Assembly (NCBI GenBank): GCA_964187785.1
Contig: OZ076409.1
Span: forward strand, 24,368,001-24,432,000
DNA length: 64,000 nucleotides
Direction: 5' to 3'
DNA from: Amphiscolops sp. MND2022
Lineage: Eukaryota
Position 1 is the stretch's first letter, and the number at the start of each line of letters is the position of its first letter. The notes below the pieces were generated by a model. The model saw only the letters and a program-made list of their open reading frames with translations, did no database searches and had not been told where the DNA came from. Positions 14,275 to 28,475 of this stretch are shown here, one piece after another. The translations under genes were made by a program, and so were the position numbers.

Positions 14275-14530
14275 TTGTCATTTTTTTGTAACGATTTGGG
14301 TGACCTACTAGTACTTCTGGCTCTCTCGTGCCACAGCGTGTTCTCTGCGGAGTCTGAGGGGACACAGGGGAAGAAGACTTTAGGGGACGACGAGAGGGGG
14401 TTAGTGGCATCGGTGCCATTTGCCACTTGCGAGACAGATACCTGTCAGAATGGGGGGACCTGTCACCAATTGAACGATGGCATCACTTGTCACTGCCCTA
14501 CTGGATTTGTGGGCAACTTCTGTCAACAAG
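14275..14530 (+). CDS. EGF + ZP-domain membrane protein, EGF exon (5' boundary unresolved)
   Basis: Hydrophobic LLVLLALSC, then EGF motif CETDTCQNGGTCHQLNDGITCHCPTGFVGNFC; donor AAG|GTTAG, phase 1. Confidence 0.8.
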
Positions 14531-14692
14531 GTTAGCCAAGGATTTGATTATATCAGTTTCATTTCCCGCACATAATCCATGTAAGAAAAATTAACCGCTT
14601 TTTCGAACTTTGTGATATTTCAATTTTATTTTCAGAAGTAGATGTTTTTCCTCAGAGTTCAACGACAAATTAGGACCGTAGTATTTTTATTT

Positions 14693-15842
14693 AGTATGCG
14701 GAAAACTCGTCAAAAACAACTCGCCAAATGCAACTCGTCGAAATTAAAGGACGGAAAATGGTCGAAAATTAACTCGTCGAATAATAATTAGTGCGAACTC
14801 GTCGAATAAGTGCAGATTACCCTCAGGGATTATCCAGTGCTAATTATGGATTAAATTTCCTTAATTGATGCGTGAAATTTTAAGTTTTCCCTTATTATAG
14901 CTTTTTAGTCGGCGCTTCATGAAGTGAAACGCGACTATTATAGTGACTCTTTTTTTTCTATCCACACGAACTGACCAAAATAGTTCTACAAAAGTTCTAC
15001 AAAATATTATTGCATCAAAATGCACTATTTGGTCTAGCGAACTGAACCAAAAAAGTTTTTCCTGTTTTTCCGCGTAACATACCATACCGGGCGAGACCAA
15101 AGACTCCCCCTTTCATTTTTTTCGGCACTGCGAGACATTTTTTTCGGAATTTTTTTCTTCGGAATTTTTTTCCTCAAACGGTCCCCCCTGCATTTTTTTG
15201 ATGTTTTGCGACAGAATGGATGTTGAAAAATCCCAAAGGGTCCCCCCTTTCAGTTTTTTTTCGGCATTGTGAGATTTTTTCCCGAAAATGAAAATTTTTG
15301 TTTTCTTCAATTTTTTCATGTTTTGCGACAGAATTGATGTTGAAAAACCTCAAAGGGTCCACCCTTTCAGTTTTTCGGCATTGTGAGACTTTAGCGCGCC
15401 AGGGGCTCGCGCTAGCGAGCCCCGGCACGCCACTCAGTCCATTTTTTTGAGTATGTAATTTTTTCGAAAAAAAATTTTTTCAAAAATTTTCGATTTTCGA
15501 GTACTGTAAAAGAGTACTTGACACTTGGAAGTCTTTTTGCTATTTTTGAGCCTTGGATATGGCGCCGACTTGGGCCGGTCCCGGCTTGTTTAGTTATATA
15601 ATTACTTGAAATGTTTCACTTTTATAGTTACAGTGTAATACTTCATAATACGTTAGACCTTTATGACACAGTACGATCACAAAGTTAGCGCTATATTCGT
15701 CGGAGAGTTTGCCACCAGAGAATTTTCGGCAAGTTGCTTTTCGACGAGCTTTCCGCTCAGTATTTTCGACCAATTGTTTTCGGCGAGTTGTTTTCGGCGA
15801 GTTGTTTTCGACGAGTTGTTTTCGACGAGTTTTCCTAGATTC
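14693..15842. mobile_element. MITE with 9-bp TSD (Mutator-like) and short CAACTCGTCGAAAA repeats; hosts a HINE
   Basis: TSD TTTTTATTT at 14684-14692 and 15843-15851; inverted ends GGAAAACTCGTC(A/G)AAAACAACTCG. Confidence 0.7.
14902..15590 (+). mobile_element. Non-autonomous Helentron/Helitron2-type element (HINE family A)
   Basis: 5' TTTTTAGTCGGCGC; 3' GCGCCGACT + hairpin GCCG-GTCC-CGGC + TTGTT; internal AAAGGGTCCCCC / TTTTCGGCATTGTGAGAC repeats. Confidence 0.75.
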
Positions 15843-16969
15843 TTTTTATTTGCGGGAATATCTGAACTTGTTTCAAAAAGTGCCTTAAAAGGTCTAAAAG
15901 TGCCAAAATTGTAATTTTTACCAAATTTTTAAGATCGTTCTATGTACTTTTTGTACAATCTTTGAATGTTCATAGGAGTATGAAAATACATTTAGTACGT
16001 TATTACAAGTTTTTGTAAGAAAAAACCAGAAGATTTTTCTGAAAAAAGTGCCTCAAATGAATTAACGAGAACCAAAGAAGGTGAGTATTTGAACTTTTTG
16101 TGGAAGATTCGTGGTGTATCAGCTAAGCTCGAGCTTTGGAAATGTTGTCGTTAAAACATTCAATGCGGGAATTATCCCAGTGCTCAGATGGCGTCTTCTA
16201 ATATGATTCCTCAATTATGGTGTAAAGTGAAGTTAATTCGATTGTACACTAGGGTACTAAAAAGCTAAAGGCACTCGATTTCGCAGAAGAAAATTTTTCA
16301 AAAGAAAATTAATATTTTACTAAACCGCATTAAATAAAAGTCCCTATCAAAACGAAAATTCCCTAGCAAATTTTGATCAGAATTACTGGGGTGTTTTTTG
16401 TTTTGAAATCAAACAAAAACTAGAGAAGTTATAAAACTTGGCTTATTTTTGATTTTTGACAAATTCGTACAATTCGTAACGAAAACTGCCCCAGTCAAAC
16501 TTTGTACCTTCGATTCAGATCTGTAACTTGATGTCACCACTTTCTGAAAACGCCCTCAAGAATTTACACCGCAAAACGGTCAAAAATGCCAAATCTTCAA
16601 ATTTTACACCGTAAAATTGTTTCGATGTTTTGACATTTGCTTTTGGCTGTTCATTTTTGAGGAAACCATTTCCAGAAATGTTGCAAATGAAAATTAAAGG
16701 TCGGTGTCAAGACTACAAAAATGATTTTTTCTGACCTGTAGTTTTTGGAGATATCGATTGATAAAGTTTCAAATTGATTCAAAATACCACGTAGTCACCC
16801 TTTTTGAATTTTCATTCGATTTCAAAACAAAAATATCGTTTTAATTCTGATAAAAATCTAACCAACTTGTACTCCGGGACTTTGTAAAAAACATGTCCGA
16901 AAAATGCCTGTCGAAGTTTTTGTATGTGATAATAACTGTCTTTAGCTTTCTGGTACCATAGTGTATTAT

Positions 16970-17562
16970 TCAACGCAACTATTATAGTGACTCTTTTCAA
17001 ACCACACCAACTGACCAAAATAGTTCTTAAAAGTTATACGAAACTTTGAGGTATCAAATTGGACCATTTGGCCCAATGAACTTAACCAAAAGAGTTGTTC
17101 CTTTTTTCAGCGCAACATACAATACCAGGCGATACTAAAGGGTCCCCTTTTCAGTTTTTTTTCACTGGCATTGGGAGACTTTTTTTGGAATTTTTTTTTT
17201 GCCAAAGGATCCCCATTTCATTTTTTGATGTTTTGCTACAGAGTGAATGTTGAAATTTCCAAAGGGTCCCCCCTTTCAGTTTTTCTCTGAATTGTGAGAC
17301 TTTTTTCCAAAAATTTTTGGATGTCTCTAAAGGGTCCCCCTTCAATTTTTGTGATATTTTGCAACCGAATGGATGTTAAAAAATCCCAAAGGGTCCCCTT
17401 TTAACACGCCAGTTCGGTCCCCCTAACGCGGCCCCGGTACGCCAATTCGGTCCAACTTTTGGGTTTTTCGGGTACTGTAAAAGAGAATACTTGACACTTT
17501 GAAGTCCTTTTACTATTTTTGAGCCTTAGATATGGCGCCGACTTATGCCGTTCCCGCTTGTT
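16970..17562 (+). mobile_element. HINE family A copy, 5'-truncated
   Basis: Homologous to 14930-15590; ends GAGCCTTAGATATGGCGCCGACTTATGCCGTTCCCGCTTGTT. Confidence 0.7.
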
Positions 17563-17936
17563 TCTTTGAACTGTAAACAAAATTTAGAAACCAAAAATTT
17601 CACGAGTAAACTTGAAATTTGGCGCATTAATTATCTCAATTGAGATAATTCATTTTACAGTTAATCAAAATGTACAAATGAAGAAGAACAATTTAGACAT
17701 ACCTACCCGGTATTAGATGTTACCGTGCGTATGAATTTTTGGCTGATTTGAAATAAGTTGACCCATTTCAAGGACATATAGAAACGGATAAGATAAAATT
17801 TGAGGGAAACAGCGTCAATACAGTTTATCTGTATGTTGTTGATTGGTGGATACAAGTACTTTAGGCGAGCTGAAGGTTGATGTGTTTCATTTCTTGCACA
17901 AGAACAAAAACGAAGGTTAATTAGACATTGTTTCAG

Positions 17937-18002
17937 GAGCTGATATCAGAGTTAACTGCAGCGATACGGAAATGTACGTCTTTGTGTCACATGCTGTTAC
18001 AG
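17937..18002 (+). CDS. EGF-ZP protein exon (start of ZP-N)
   Basis: TTTCAG|...|GTAGGT; encodes GADIRVNCSDTEMYVFVSHAVT in phase with the previous exon. Confidence 0.85.
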
Positions 18003-19117
18003 GTAGGTGTGAAATGGTTTTTTTGCAATTCTTTTTTAACAACTTTTTACGGACTTATAAGGATGACATTTATGAAAAAATTACATACAGACGAAACAAT
18101 GTAGGAATTGCGTCATACGCGGACAGACGTGATCAATTCAAACAGTCTCAAAAGTCGAAAGTTCGATATCATTCATAGTAAATTGATTTAATCCTGCATC
18201 AACTTTCAATAAAAATTGAAAGTAACATTTTCCATCATGTCGAGAAACAGCAGAAGTAAAAAAAATAATGAAAGGTACAAGATGATACTGTGACAGTGTT
18301 TTGTAAAGTTTTGGCCAATCTTCATAAATTGGCAGGCCCACTGGAGAGGAATTGGCGATTAAAGAAGCTAAGAAATCTTAAGAAGAAAAGATACTGGAAA
18401 GTAAATTATTTTTGATAAAGGGTGTAATCTGCATCTATTACACAATTTGACATTTATCCCGTGAGAACTACTACTCTTTGTGTTATTGATACGAGATTAA
18501 TATTAAGAAGATGGGCAATTGCAACAAGATACATATTAAATTCCAACAAATTGACAAACGTAGATCTAAGAAGGAATCTTGCACAGCTTGTATCCATGAC
18601 TCATACTCTATGTTACAGCATATCGCAGAACACCTCTTACTGAGATATCCCAAAATCATTCAAAACAAATCAATGCGATGCATGTTTTGTGCTAAATCTG
18701 GGCTGCTGGTTTTGAAATTTAACAAGGGCTGGCTTTGGCAAATTTTGATAAGTTGACAGACATCGATCGGTCTTCATAACAAACTGGTGTCAATATTGGA
18801 ACTAAAATATTCTCAATATAAACTTTTTAAAAACCAAATGCGTAAATTCTTTAAGCAACTTATTATAACGTAATATCCAAGTAGGAATGCGTTGAAGGTA
18901 ATGTTAAAATATTTGATAAGAACTCTCTGTCGATGTTGATATCAATCAATTGACTTTGGGAAAATTAAGATAACTTTTTATACCCAGTGAAAAATTTATG
19001 ATCATCCAACTTATGCAATCCTAACTTTATTGCATGCAAAGAAAACAAGAAAGACGTAAGCTTGTAAGTCGCACGCAACATAAACGGGTTCTTATAACTT
19101 TTCATGTTTCTTCCCAG

Positions 19118-19231
19118 AAAAGGAGAGTCTAGTTCTAAATGACGGGAGATGTCAATTAACCAACACAACAAATGGTTCCTCGCTCGAGTTTGACTTCAAT
19201 GACTGTGGGACAATTCAGCAGATTCATTCGG
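19118..19231 (+). CDS. EGF-ZP protein exon (ZP-N)
   Basis: CCCAG|...|GTAATG; encodes EKESLVLNDGRCQLTNTTNGSSLEFDFNDCGTIQQIHS with the ZP-N CGT motif. Confidence 0.85.
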
Positions 19232-19529
19232 GTAATGTAAAAACCCTATCTGAAATATTTATACTTATCGCCAATTATGGTTGTGACAGAAATATTTCAC
19301 ATGGCTTTCTGACGTCACTATCAAGTAGGAAAGATATTTTTAAAGGTTTCACTGGTAGCACATTCCGAGGTCTCTTAAATTTGCATGAGTGCTTGTTATT
19401 TTTCCTGAGTGATCCTAACATGCGTGATCTTGCAACTTCTTCAAAAAGCTTATTTCAAAGGAATATGAAATCAAGAGGGAAATTCACGTTTTGAGAAACA
19501 AACCTTGCATTAAATTCTTTTCTGTAGCT

Positions 19530-22500
19530 GTTGCGGACTCCCTGTTTCAGAAATTCAAAATAAAAATCAAGGGTTCCAAACAGAAAATTGTAGACTTGAA
19601 GATAATTAACGAGCTTGTTGACCTTGACTACCTTGAATTTTCTTGGTCACAGCATAAGTCGTCATAAATTGTTCATAATGCAATCATCTACGTCTCATGA
19701 CAATCAAAATGGCATTTAATTTTTTTTGCAACACTGTTTACATCCAAGATCAATCCGTATCTACCAACAGCGGTTTCTTCGACATTGTGAGACTTTTTTC
19801 CCAAAATTTTTTGATGTCGCCAAAGAGTCCCCTCTTTGGTCATTCTGATTTTCTGCACCCAACTCGATAAAAAAGGGTCCCTCTTCTGCGTTTTTCGGCA
19901 TTGTGAAACTTCTTGAAAATGTTTATTTATGCTTGCAAATGTAGAGGAAAGACCAAAGGGTCCCCCTCTTCGGTTTTGTTTCGGTACTATGAACTTTTCT
20001 GAAGTTTTTGAAACAACCGAGTTGCCATCCTTCCATTTTTTAGCAGAAACAGCTTTTTGTGAGCAATGAGGGCTCTTTCGATTTTTCGGCACTATGCGAC
20101 TAATAAAAGACATTTTCAGAAAAAAATTGAAACCAAAAAAAGTTTTTCCCACTCAATTTTTTGAGGTTGTCTATCAAGGAAATTCGTTTTCGAAGCTTGT
20201 GGGTGACATCTTCGATCATTGTTTGGTCCTGTGGTACTGATGAGAGTTTTCTTAATAACTGTGGAAAACACCTGTGGTTTTTCGGCACTAAGCGATTTTT
20301 TTCGAAAAAAAAATCGATTCGGTCAAAGGGTACCCAGTGTAAAAACTCTTGAAACTGTTGCCAAGATCTTGCATATTCTTACATATTCCCGTTTACTCTT
20401 GAAATTCTTGATAAGATCTTGTTTATTCTTGCTTCACACAAACCTCTTGAAGCTCTTGATAGTATTCTTGGTAAGAGTCTTATCAAGAGTGTCAAGAGAA
20501 TGAAAGTTGTAAAACAAACAGCAATTTTGTTTACAAGTACTTTGCTGTTGTTCGCACTACCAGCTACACTATCATTCTTTGAAATATTGGATATAGGACA
20601 ACACAATGTAGTGAATTTCAGAACGTGATAGCTTGGTTGGTAGCGCGAAAAGCTGCGGCATAATAGGTACGCTGATCAAGCTGCAGTTGGCGTCGGTTTT
20701 TGTTTGTTTTCATTCACTTTTGTCAGTTCATCTCTTGAATTTCTTGGCACGATCTTGCAAGATCTTGCAAATTCGTGGATTTCTTACCAGGAGTTGCAAG
20801 AGTTTTTACACTGGGTACCCCTTCATTTCTAAAGAAGTTCATGGCTTTGAAAAAGGTGTTTTGCGAGCGTAAAGCTCTTTTTTCGGCAATTTGATACTTT
20901 TTCCGAAGAGGTAGGTTTTGAAATTTTTTTCAAAAAAATTGGGTTCTCTGATGTTTCCAATCATCCAATCAGAAAAAAAAACGGTTTTTAAGTCTTCCCT
21001 TCGGGTGTTTTTTGGCACAGATAATGTGATATACATGTAATGTAAATTTGACATTTGTGTCTTTTTTTCGTAGTCAAAAAAGTTTCTCCTGGTTTTTCGG
21101 GACTATAAGACTTTGTTTGGAAGAAACAAAATTTAACATATACGTTTTTCTGATGTTCAGAAAAATCTATACGTTTTAGTTCAGAAAAAAATATATTTTC
21201 GAGTCTAAAGGGAACCTTTTGGCCCCCGATTATTTGAAACCCTTTGCTCTTTTTGAACCTCGAACGGGGCGCCGACTTGGGCCGCTCCCGTCTTGTTCTC
21301 CTATTGAATTACTTTCATACGTTGCGGACTCCCTGTTTCAGAAATTCAAAATAAAAATCGAGGGTTCCAAACAGAAAATTGTAGACTTGAAGACAATTAA
21401 CGAGCTTGTTGACCTTGACTACCTTGAATTTTCTTGGTCACAGCATAAATCGTCATAAATTGTTCATAATGCAATCATCTACGTCTCATGACAATCAAAA
21501 TGGCATTTAAATTTTTTTGCAACACTGTTTACATCCAAGATCAATCCGTATCTACCAACAGCGGTTTCTTCGACATTGTGAGACTTTTTTCCCAAAATTT
21601 TTTGATGTCGCCAAAGAGTCCCCTCTTTGGTCATTCTGATTTTCTGCACCCAACTCGATAAAAAAGGGTCCCTCTTCTGCGTTTTTCGGCATTGTGAAAC
21701 TTCTTGAAAATGTTTATTTATGCTTGCAAATGTAGAGGAAAGACCAAAGGGTCCCCCTCTTCGGTTTTGTTTCGGTACTATGAACTTTTCTGAAGTTTTT
21801 GAAACAACCGAGTTGCCATCCTTCCATTTTTTAGCAGAAACAGCTTTTTGTGAGCAATGAGGGCTCTTTCGATTTTTCGGCACTATGCGACTAATAAAAG
21901 ACATTTTCAGAAAAAAATTGAAACCAAAAAAAGTTTTTCCCACTCAATTTTTTGAGGTTGTCTATCAAGGAAATTCGTTTTCGAAGCTTGTGGGTGACAT
22001 CTTCGATCATTGTTTGGTCCTGTGGTACTGATGAGAGTTTTCTTAATAACTGTGGAAAACACCTGTGGTTTTTCGGCACTAAGCGATTTTTTTCGAAAAA
22101 AAAAATCGATTCGGTCAAAGGGTACCCAGTGTAAAAACTCTTGAAACTGTTGCCAAGATCTTGCATATTCTTACATATTCCCGTTTACTCTTGAAATTCT
22201 TGATAAGATCTTGTTTATTCTTGCTTCACACAAACCTCTTGAAGCTCTTGATAGTATTCTTGGTAAGAGTCTTATCAAGAGTGTCAAGAGAATGAAAGTT
22301 GTAAAACAAACAGCAATTTTGTTTACAAGTACTTTGCTGTTGTTCGCACTACCAGCTACACTATCATTCTTTGAAATATTGGATATAGGACAACACAATG
22401 TAGTGAATTTCAGAACGTGATAGCTTGGTTGGTAGCGCGAAAAGCTGCGGCATAATAGGTACGCTGATCAAGCTGCAGTTGGCGTCGGTTTTTGTTTGTT

Positions 22501-25500
22501 TTCATTCACTTTTGTCAGTTCATCTCTTGAATTTCTTGGCACGATCTTGCAAGATCTTGCAAATTCGTGGATTTCTTACCAAGAGTTGCAAGAGTTTTTA
22601 CACTGGGTACCCCTTCATTTCTAAAGAAGTTCATGGCTTTGAAAAAGGTGTTTTGCGAGCGTAAAGCTCTTTTTTCGGCAATTTGATACTTTTTCCGAAG
22701 AGGTAGGTTTTGAAATTTTTTTCAAAAAAATTGGGTTCTCTGATGTTTCCAATCATCCAATCAGAAAAAAAACGGTTTTTAAGTCTTCCCTTCGGGTGTT
22801 TTTTGGCACAGATAATGTGATATACATGTAATGTAAATTTGACATTTGTGTCTTTTTTTCGTAGTCAAAAAAGTTTCTCCTGGTTTTTCGGGACTATAAG
22901 ACTTTGTTTGGAAGAAACAAAATTTAACATATACGTTTTTCTGATGTTCAGAAAAATCTATACGTTTTAGTTCAGAAAAAAATATATTTTCGAGTCTAAA
23001 GGGAACCTTTTGGCCCCCGATTATTTGAAACCCTTTGCTCTTTTTGAACCTCGAACGGGGCGCCGACTTGGGCCGCTCCCGTCTTGTTCTCCTATTGAAT
23101 TACTTTCATACGTTGCGGACTCCCTGTTTCAGAAATTCAAAATAAAAATCGAGGGTTCCAAACAGAAAATTGTAGACTTGAAGACAATTAACGAGCTTGT
23201 TGACCTTGACTACCTTGAATTTTCTTGGTCACAGCATAAATCGTCATAAATTGTTCATAATGCAATCATCTACGTCTCATGACAATCAAAATGGCATTTA
23301 AATTTTTTTGCAACACTGTTTACATCCATATCAATCCGTATCTACCAACAGCGGTTTCTTCGACATTGTGAGACTTTTGCCCCAAAATTTTTTGATGTCG
23401 CCAAAGAGTCCCCTCTTTGGTCATTCTGATTTTCTGCACCCAACTCGATAAAAAAGGGTCCCTCTTCTGCGTTTTTCGGCATTGTGAAACTTCTTGAAAA
23501 TGTTTATTTATGCTTGCAAATGTAGAGGAAAGACCAAAGGGTCCCCCCTCTTCGGTTTTGTTTCGGTACTATGAACTTTTCTGAAGTTTTTGAAACAACC
23601 GAGTTGCCATCCTTCCCTTTTTTAGCAGAAACAGCTTTTTGTGAGCAATGAGGGCTCCTTCGATTTTTCGGCACTATGCGACTAATAAAAGACATTTTCA
23701 GAAAAAAATTGAAACCAAAAAAAGTTTTTCCCACTCAATTTTTTGAGGTTGTCTATCAAGGAAATTCGTTTTCGAAGCTTGTGGGTGACATCTTCGATCA
23801 TTGTTTGGTCCTGTGGTACTGATGAGAGTTTTCTTAATAACTGTGGAAAACACCTGTGGTTTTTCGGCACTAAGCGATTTTTTTCGAAAAAAAAAATCGA
23901 TTCGGTCAAAGGGTACCCAGTGTAAAAACTCTTGAAACTGTTGCCAAGATCTTGCATATTCTTACATATTCCCGTTTACTCTTGAAATTCTTGATAAGAT
24001 CTTGTTTATTCTTGCTTCACACAAACCTCTTGAAGCTCTTGATAGTATTCTTGGTAAGAGTCTTATCAAGAGTGTCAAGAGAATGAAAGTTGTAAAACAA
24101 ACAGCAATTTTGTTTACAAGTACTTTGCTGTTGTTCGCACTACCAGCTACACTATCATTCTTTGAAATATTGGATATAGGACAACACAATGTAGTGAATT
24201 TCAGAACGTGATAGCTTGGTTGGTAGCGCGAAAAGCTGCGGCATAATAGGTACGCTGATCAAGCTGCAGTTGGCGTCGGTTTTTGTTTGTTTTCATTCAC
24301 TTTTGTCAGTTCATCTCTTGAATTTCTTGGCACGATCTTGCAAGATCTTGCAAATTCGTGGATTTCTTACCAAGAGTTGCAAGAGTTTTTACACTGGGTA
24401 CCCCTTCATTTCTAAAGAAGTTCATGGCTTTGAAAAAGGTGTTTTGCGAGCGTAAAGCTCTTTTTTCGGCAATTTGATACTTTTTCCGAAGAGGTAGGTT
24501 TTGAAATTTTTTTCAAAAAAATTGGGTTCTCTGATGTTTCCAATCATCCAATCAGAAAAAAAACGGTTTTTAAGTCTTCCCTTCGGGTGTTTTTTGGCAC
24601 AGATAATGTGATATACATGTAATGTAAATTTGACATTTGTGTCTTTTTTTCGTAGTCAAAAAAGTTTCTCCTGGTTTTTCGGGACTATAAGACTTTGTTT
24701 GGAAGAAACAAAATTTAACATATACGTTTTTCTGATGTTCAGAAAAATCTATACGTTTTAGTTCAGAAAAAAATATATTTTCGAGTCTAAAGGGAACCTT
24801 TTGGCCCCCGATTATTTGAAACCCTTTGCTCTTTTTGAACCTCGAACGGGGCGCCGACTTGGGCCGCTCCCGTCTTGTTCTCCTATTGAATTACTTTCAT
24901 ACGTTGCGGACTCCCTGTTTCAGAAATTCAAAATAAAAATCGAGGGTTCCAAACAGAAAATTGTAGACTTGAAGACAATTAACGAGCTTGTTGACCTTGA
25001 CTACCTTGAATTTTCTTGGTCACAGCATAAATCGTCATAAATTGTTCATAATGCAATCATCTACGTCTCATGACAATCAAAATGGCATTTAAATTTTTTT
25101 GCAACACTGTTTACATCCATATCAATCCGTATCTACCAACAGCGGTTTCTTCGACATTGTGAGACTTTTGCCCCAAAATTTTTTGATGTCGCCAAAGAGT
25201 CCCCTCTTTGGTCATTCTGATTTTCTGCACCCAACTCGATAAAAAAGGGTCCCTCTTCTGCGTTTTTCGGCATTGTGAAACTTCTTGAAAATGTTTATTT
25301 ATGCTTGCAAATGTAGAGGAAAGACCAAAGGGTCCCCCCTCTTCGGTTTTGTTTCGGTACTATGAACTTTTCTGAAGTTTTTGAAACAACCGAGTTGCCA
25401 TCCTTCCCTTTTTTAGCAGAAACAGCTTTTTGTGAGCAATGAGGGCTCCTTCGATTTTTCGGCACTATGCGACTAATAAAAGACATTTTCAGAAAAAAAA

Positions 25501-26703
25501 TTGAAACCAAAAAAAAAGTTTTTCCAACTCAATTTTTTGAGGTTGTCTATCAAGGAAATTCGTTTTCGAAGCTTGTGGGTGACATCTTCGATCATTGTTT
25601 GGTCCTGTGGTACTGATGAGAGTTCTCTTAATAACTGTGAAAAACACCTGTGGTTTTTCGGCACTAAGCGATTTTTTTCGAAAAAAAAATTGATTCGGTC
25701 AAAGGGTACCCAGTGTAAAAACTCTTGAAACTGTTGCCAAGATCTTGCATATTCTTACATATTCCCGTTTACTCTTGAAATTCTTGATAAGATCTTGTTT
25801 ATTCTTGCTTCACACAAACCTCTTGAAGCTCTTGATAGTATTCTTGGTAAGAGTCTTATCAAGAGTGTCAAGAGAATGAAAGTTGTAAAACAAACAGCAA
25901 TTTTGTTTACAAGTACTTTGCTGTTGTTCGCACTACCAGCTACACTATCATTCTTTGAAATATTGGATATAGGACAACACAATGTAGTGAATTTCAGAAC
26001 GTGATAGCTTGGTTGGTAGCGCGAAAAGCTGCGGCATAATAGGTACGCTGATCAAGCTGCAGTTGGCGTCGGTTTTTGTTTGTTTTCATTCACTTTTGTC
26101 AGTTCATCTCTTGAATTTCTTGGCACGATCTTGCAAGATCTTGCAAATTCGTGGATTTCTTACCAAGAGTTGCAAGAGTTTTTACACTGGGTACCCCTTC
26201 ATTTCTAAAGAAGTTCATGGCTTTGAAAAAGGTGTTTTGCGAGCGTAAAGCTCTTTTTTCGGCAATTTGATACTTTTTCCGAAGAGGTAGGTTTTGAACT
26301 TTTTTTCAAAAAAAATGGGTTCTCTGATGTTTCCAATCATCCAATCAGAAAAAAAACGGTTTTTAAGTCTTCCCTTCGGGTGTTTTTTGGCACAGATAAT
26401 GTGATATACATGTAATGTAATTTTGACATTTGTGTCTTTTTTTCGTAGTCAAAAAAGTTTCTCCTGGTTTTTCGGGACTATAAGACTTTGTTTGGAAGAA
26501 AAAAATTTAACATATACGTTTTTCTGATGTTCAGAAAAATCTATACGTTTTCAGTTCAGAAAAAAAAACATATTTTCGAGTCTAAAGGGTACCTTTTGGC
26601 CCCCGATTATTTGAAACCCTTTGCTCTTTTTGAACCTTGAACGGGGCGCCGACTTGGGCCGCTCCCGTCTTGTTCTCCTATTGAATTACTTTCATACGTT
26701 GCG
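19530..26703. repeat. Tandem array of four ~1791-bp near-identical units (HINE body and 3' end plus nested MITE)
   Basis: Unit start GTTGCGGACTCC at 19530, 21321, 23112 and 24903; terminal GTTGCG at 26698. Confidence 0.97.
20333..20815. mobile_element. MITE with CCCAGTG...CACTGGG ends and TA duplication (also 22125-22607, 23916-24398, 25709-26191)
   Basis: TIR CCCAGTGTAAAAACTCTTG(A/C)AACT; splits an AAAGGG-TA-CCCC motif of the host repeat. Confidence 0.85.
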
Positions 26704-28475
26704 ACTTTCCGACGTGAAAAGGTCGAAGCTACCAGTTATTTACAGCCAAGTAAAGTTTCATAAGGTTTCAGTTCGTTCTTGATTGATTGAGAACCGGGTA
26801 ATCAACCAACTGCTAAACAAAATATCTGGCTGCAGGGCTGCTGTCAGATCCGTCACTTTATGAGATGATCGATGGAGCAAATCGGTTTTTAAAAAATCGG
26901 ACAAAAAAGTTTTCAAATGATACCAGACAGTTTTCGCAGAACGATTTTCAACTTTTGATATTTTCAGAAGATGTGCCAACCAGATAGAATCTGCTAAAAA
27001 GGCCACTCTGGAGCACATTAATACTTCCGCTTTAGGTTACAATAACCATTATCTTCAATGTCAATAAAAACACATCTGAAATATGTAGCTATACACTCTG
27101 GTAATTCAACAAATAGCGCAAAATTATTTGCCCATTGATTCTTCTTGGACAATAAATTTGTTATTCGAACAAAAGAAAATAACTACCGAGCGTATATGAC
27201 GATTCGCATTCGAATACATGCAAAGCTCTCGACGAATATTTAACACTCGTTCACTTGATTTCAATAAACTCGGCGTACGCACACTTAACACTCGTTCGCT
27301 TCATCTCAATGAAAACGCTGCCTCGCTGCTACGAGAGTTATATAAATAAACTAGCTGAAGACTTGGAGTAGCGCTGGCTCACTGCTACTAGAACTGGCGA
27401 AGAAAGTGGGATCACAGACGGCTGGAAAAAAGATTACATTTACGCGTAACATTGCCGCGGCTACTATAGCATTTCAGTCACGCAGAAGTATAAAACTAGA
27501 ACAATTTGAAAAAAAAACAATCCCCTCAAAGTTAAAATGAAAAAAAAATGCAAATATTGTGGTTTTCTGGTGGGAGAGTTCTGCAGTTTGAAACAACTTT
27601 AACAACTTTCGCTAGCGACGATAGAAGTCTGGAGAAAATATAGCGGTTTCTATTACTATATACGTTTTTAAAGGCAGAGTTTTGATAGCCATGATAAGCC
27701 TTGACAATTATTTGTTTGAATCAGTTGAAACTCTCAGCAAATGATAACTTCAGCCAACTCGTTCACTTTCTGTCAATGCAAAGAACAGAGAGCGCGAGAG
27801 ATAAAAATTCTACTTGTTTTCATAAATTCCAACTCACGCAGAAATATTGAACAATTTCAGCTCAGATTCGTAACGAGATGGTTTCAAAACCTTTTTCGTT
27901 TACTGCATGGCATCTACATATACAGCAGTTATATTTTCCGTCCTATAATTCACGCTAATACCAGAAGATTTTCAAAAACAGTTTGCTTCAGCCAAAACCC
28001 TACCGTACGGAAACTTGATCTTACTTTTCATAAGTAGTCTAGTGTAACCAAAGCCGATTGTGCGGTAAAGGAGTATGAAACGGATTAAAATATTGAACAA
28101 CAAGTTACATACTTTTGTCATTTGGTCATTTTTGGACTAATTTTGGTTTTGTTTCTACACGTAGGAGCAGCACCTTTGGGCATAGAATGACCGTGCTAAA
28201 CTTTATAAAACATCGCATGGAGAGTTTTTGAGAAATTTGAAATTATCTTTGAAAAGTCGGTATAGAAAGATACGAGTGCACAAACAGTCCAAAATTTTTT
28301 TGACTATAGAAATGAATTTATAAATTATCATTCTGAGAATTCAATCAAAATTTATAGAAAGCAGAAAATGGGTTTTTCCACTTCCCCCACACTTTCAATT
28401 GTCAACAATTTCTATTGTTGCACCTAAACCGGTCTTCTTTTTCTCCAAGGCAGAGTCATTTCAGTATGACAATGG

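Noticed and set aside
15740..15835. Short regular repeats that could be mistaken for a CRISPR array
   Set aside because: ~14-bp tandem subterminal MITE repeats with no unique spacers; eukaryotic context and no cas genes.
19688..26248. Repeated 60-154-aa ORFs in the tandem array
   Set aside because: They recur only because the DNA is duplicated, are broken by homopolymer indels between units, and lie in MITE/HINE sequence.
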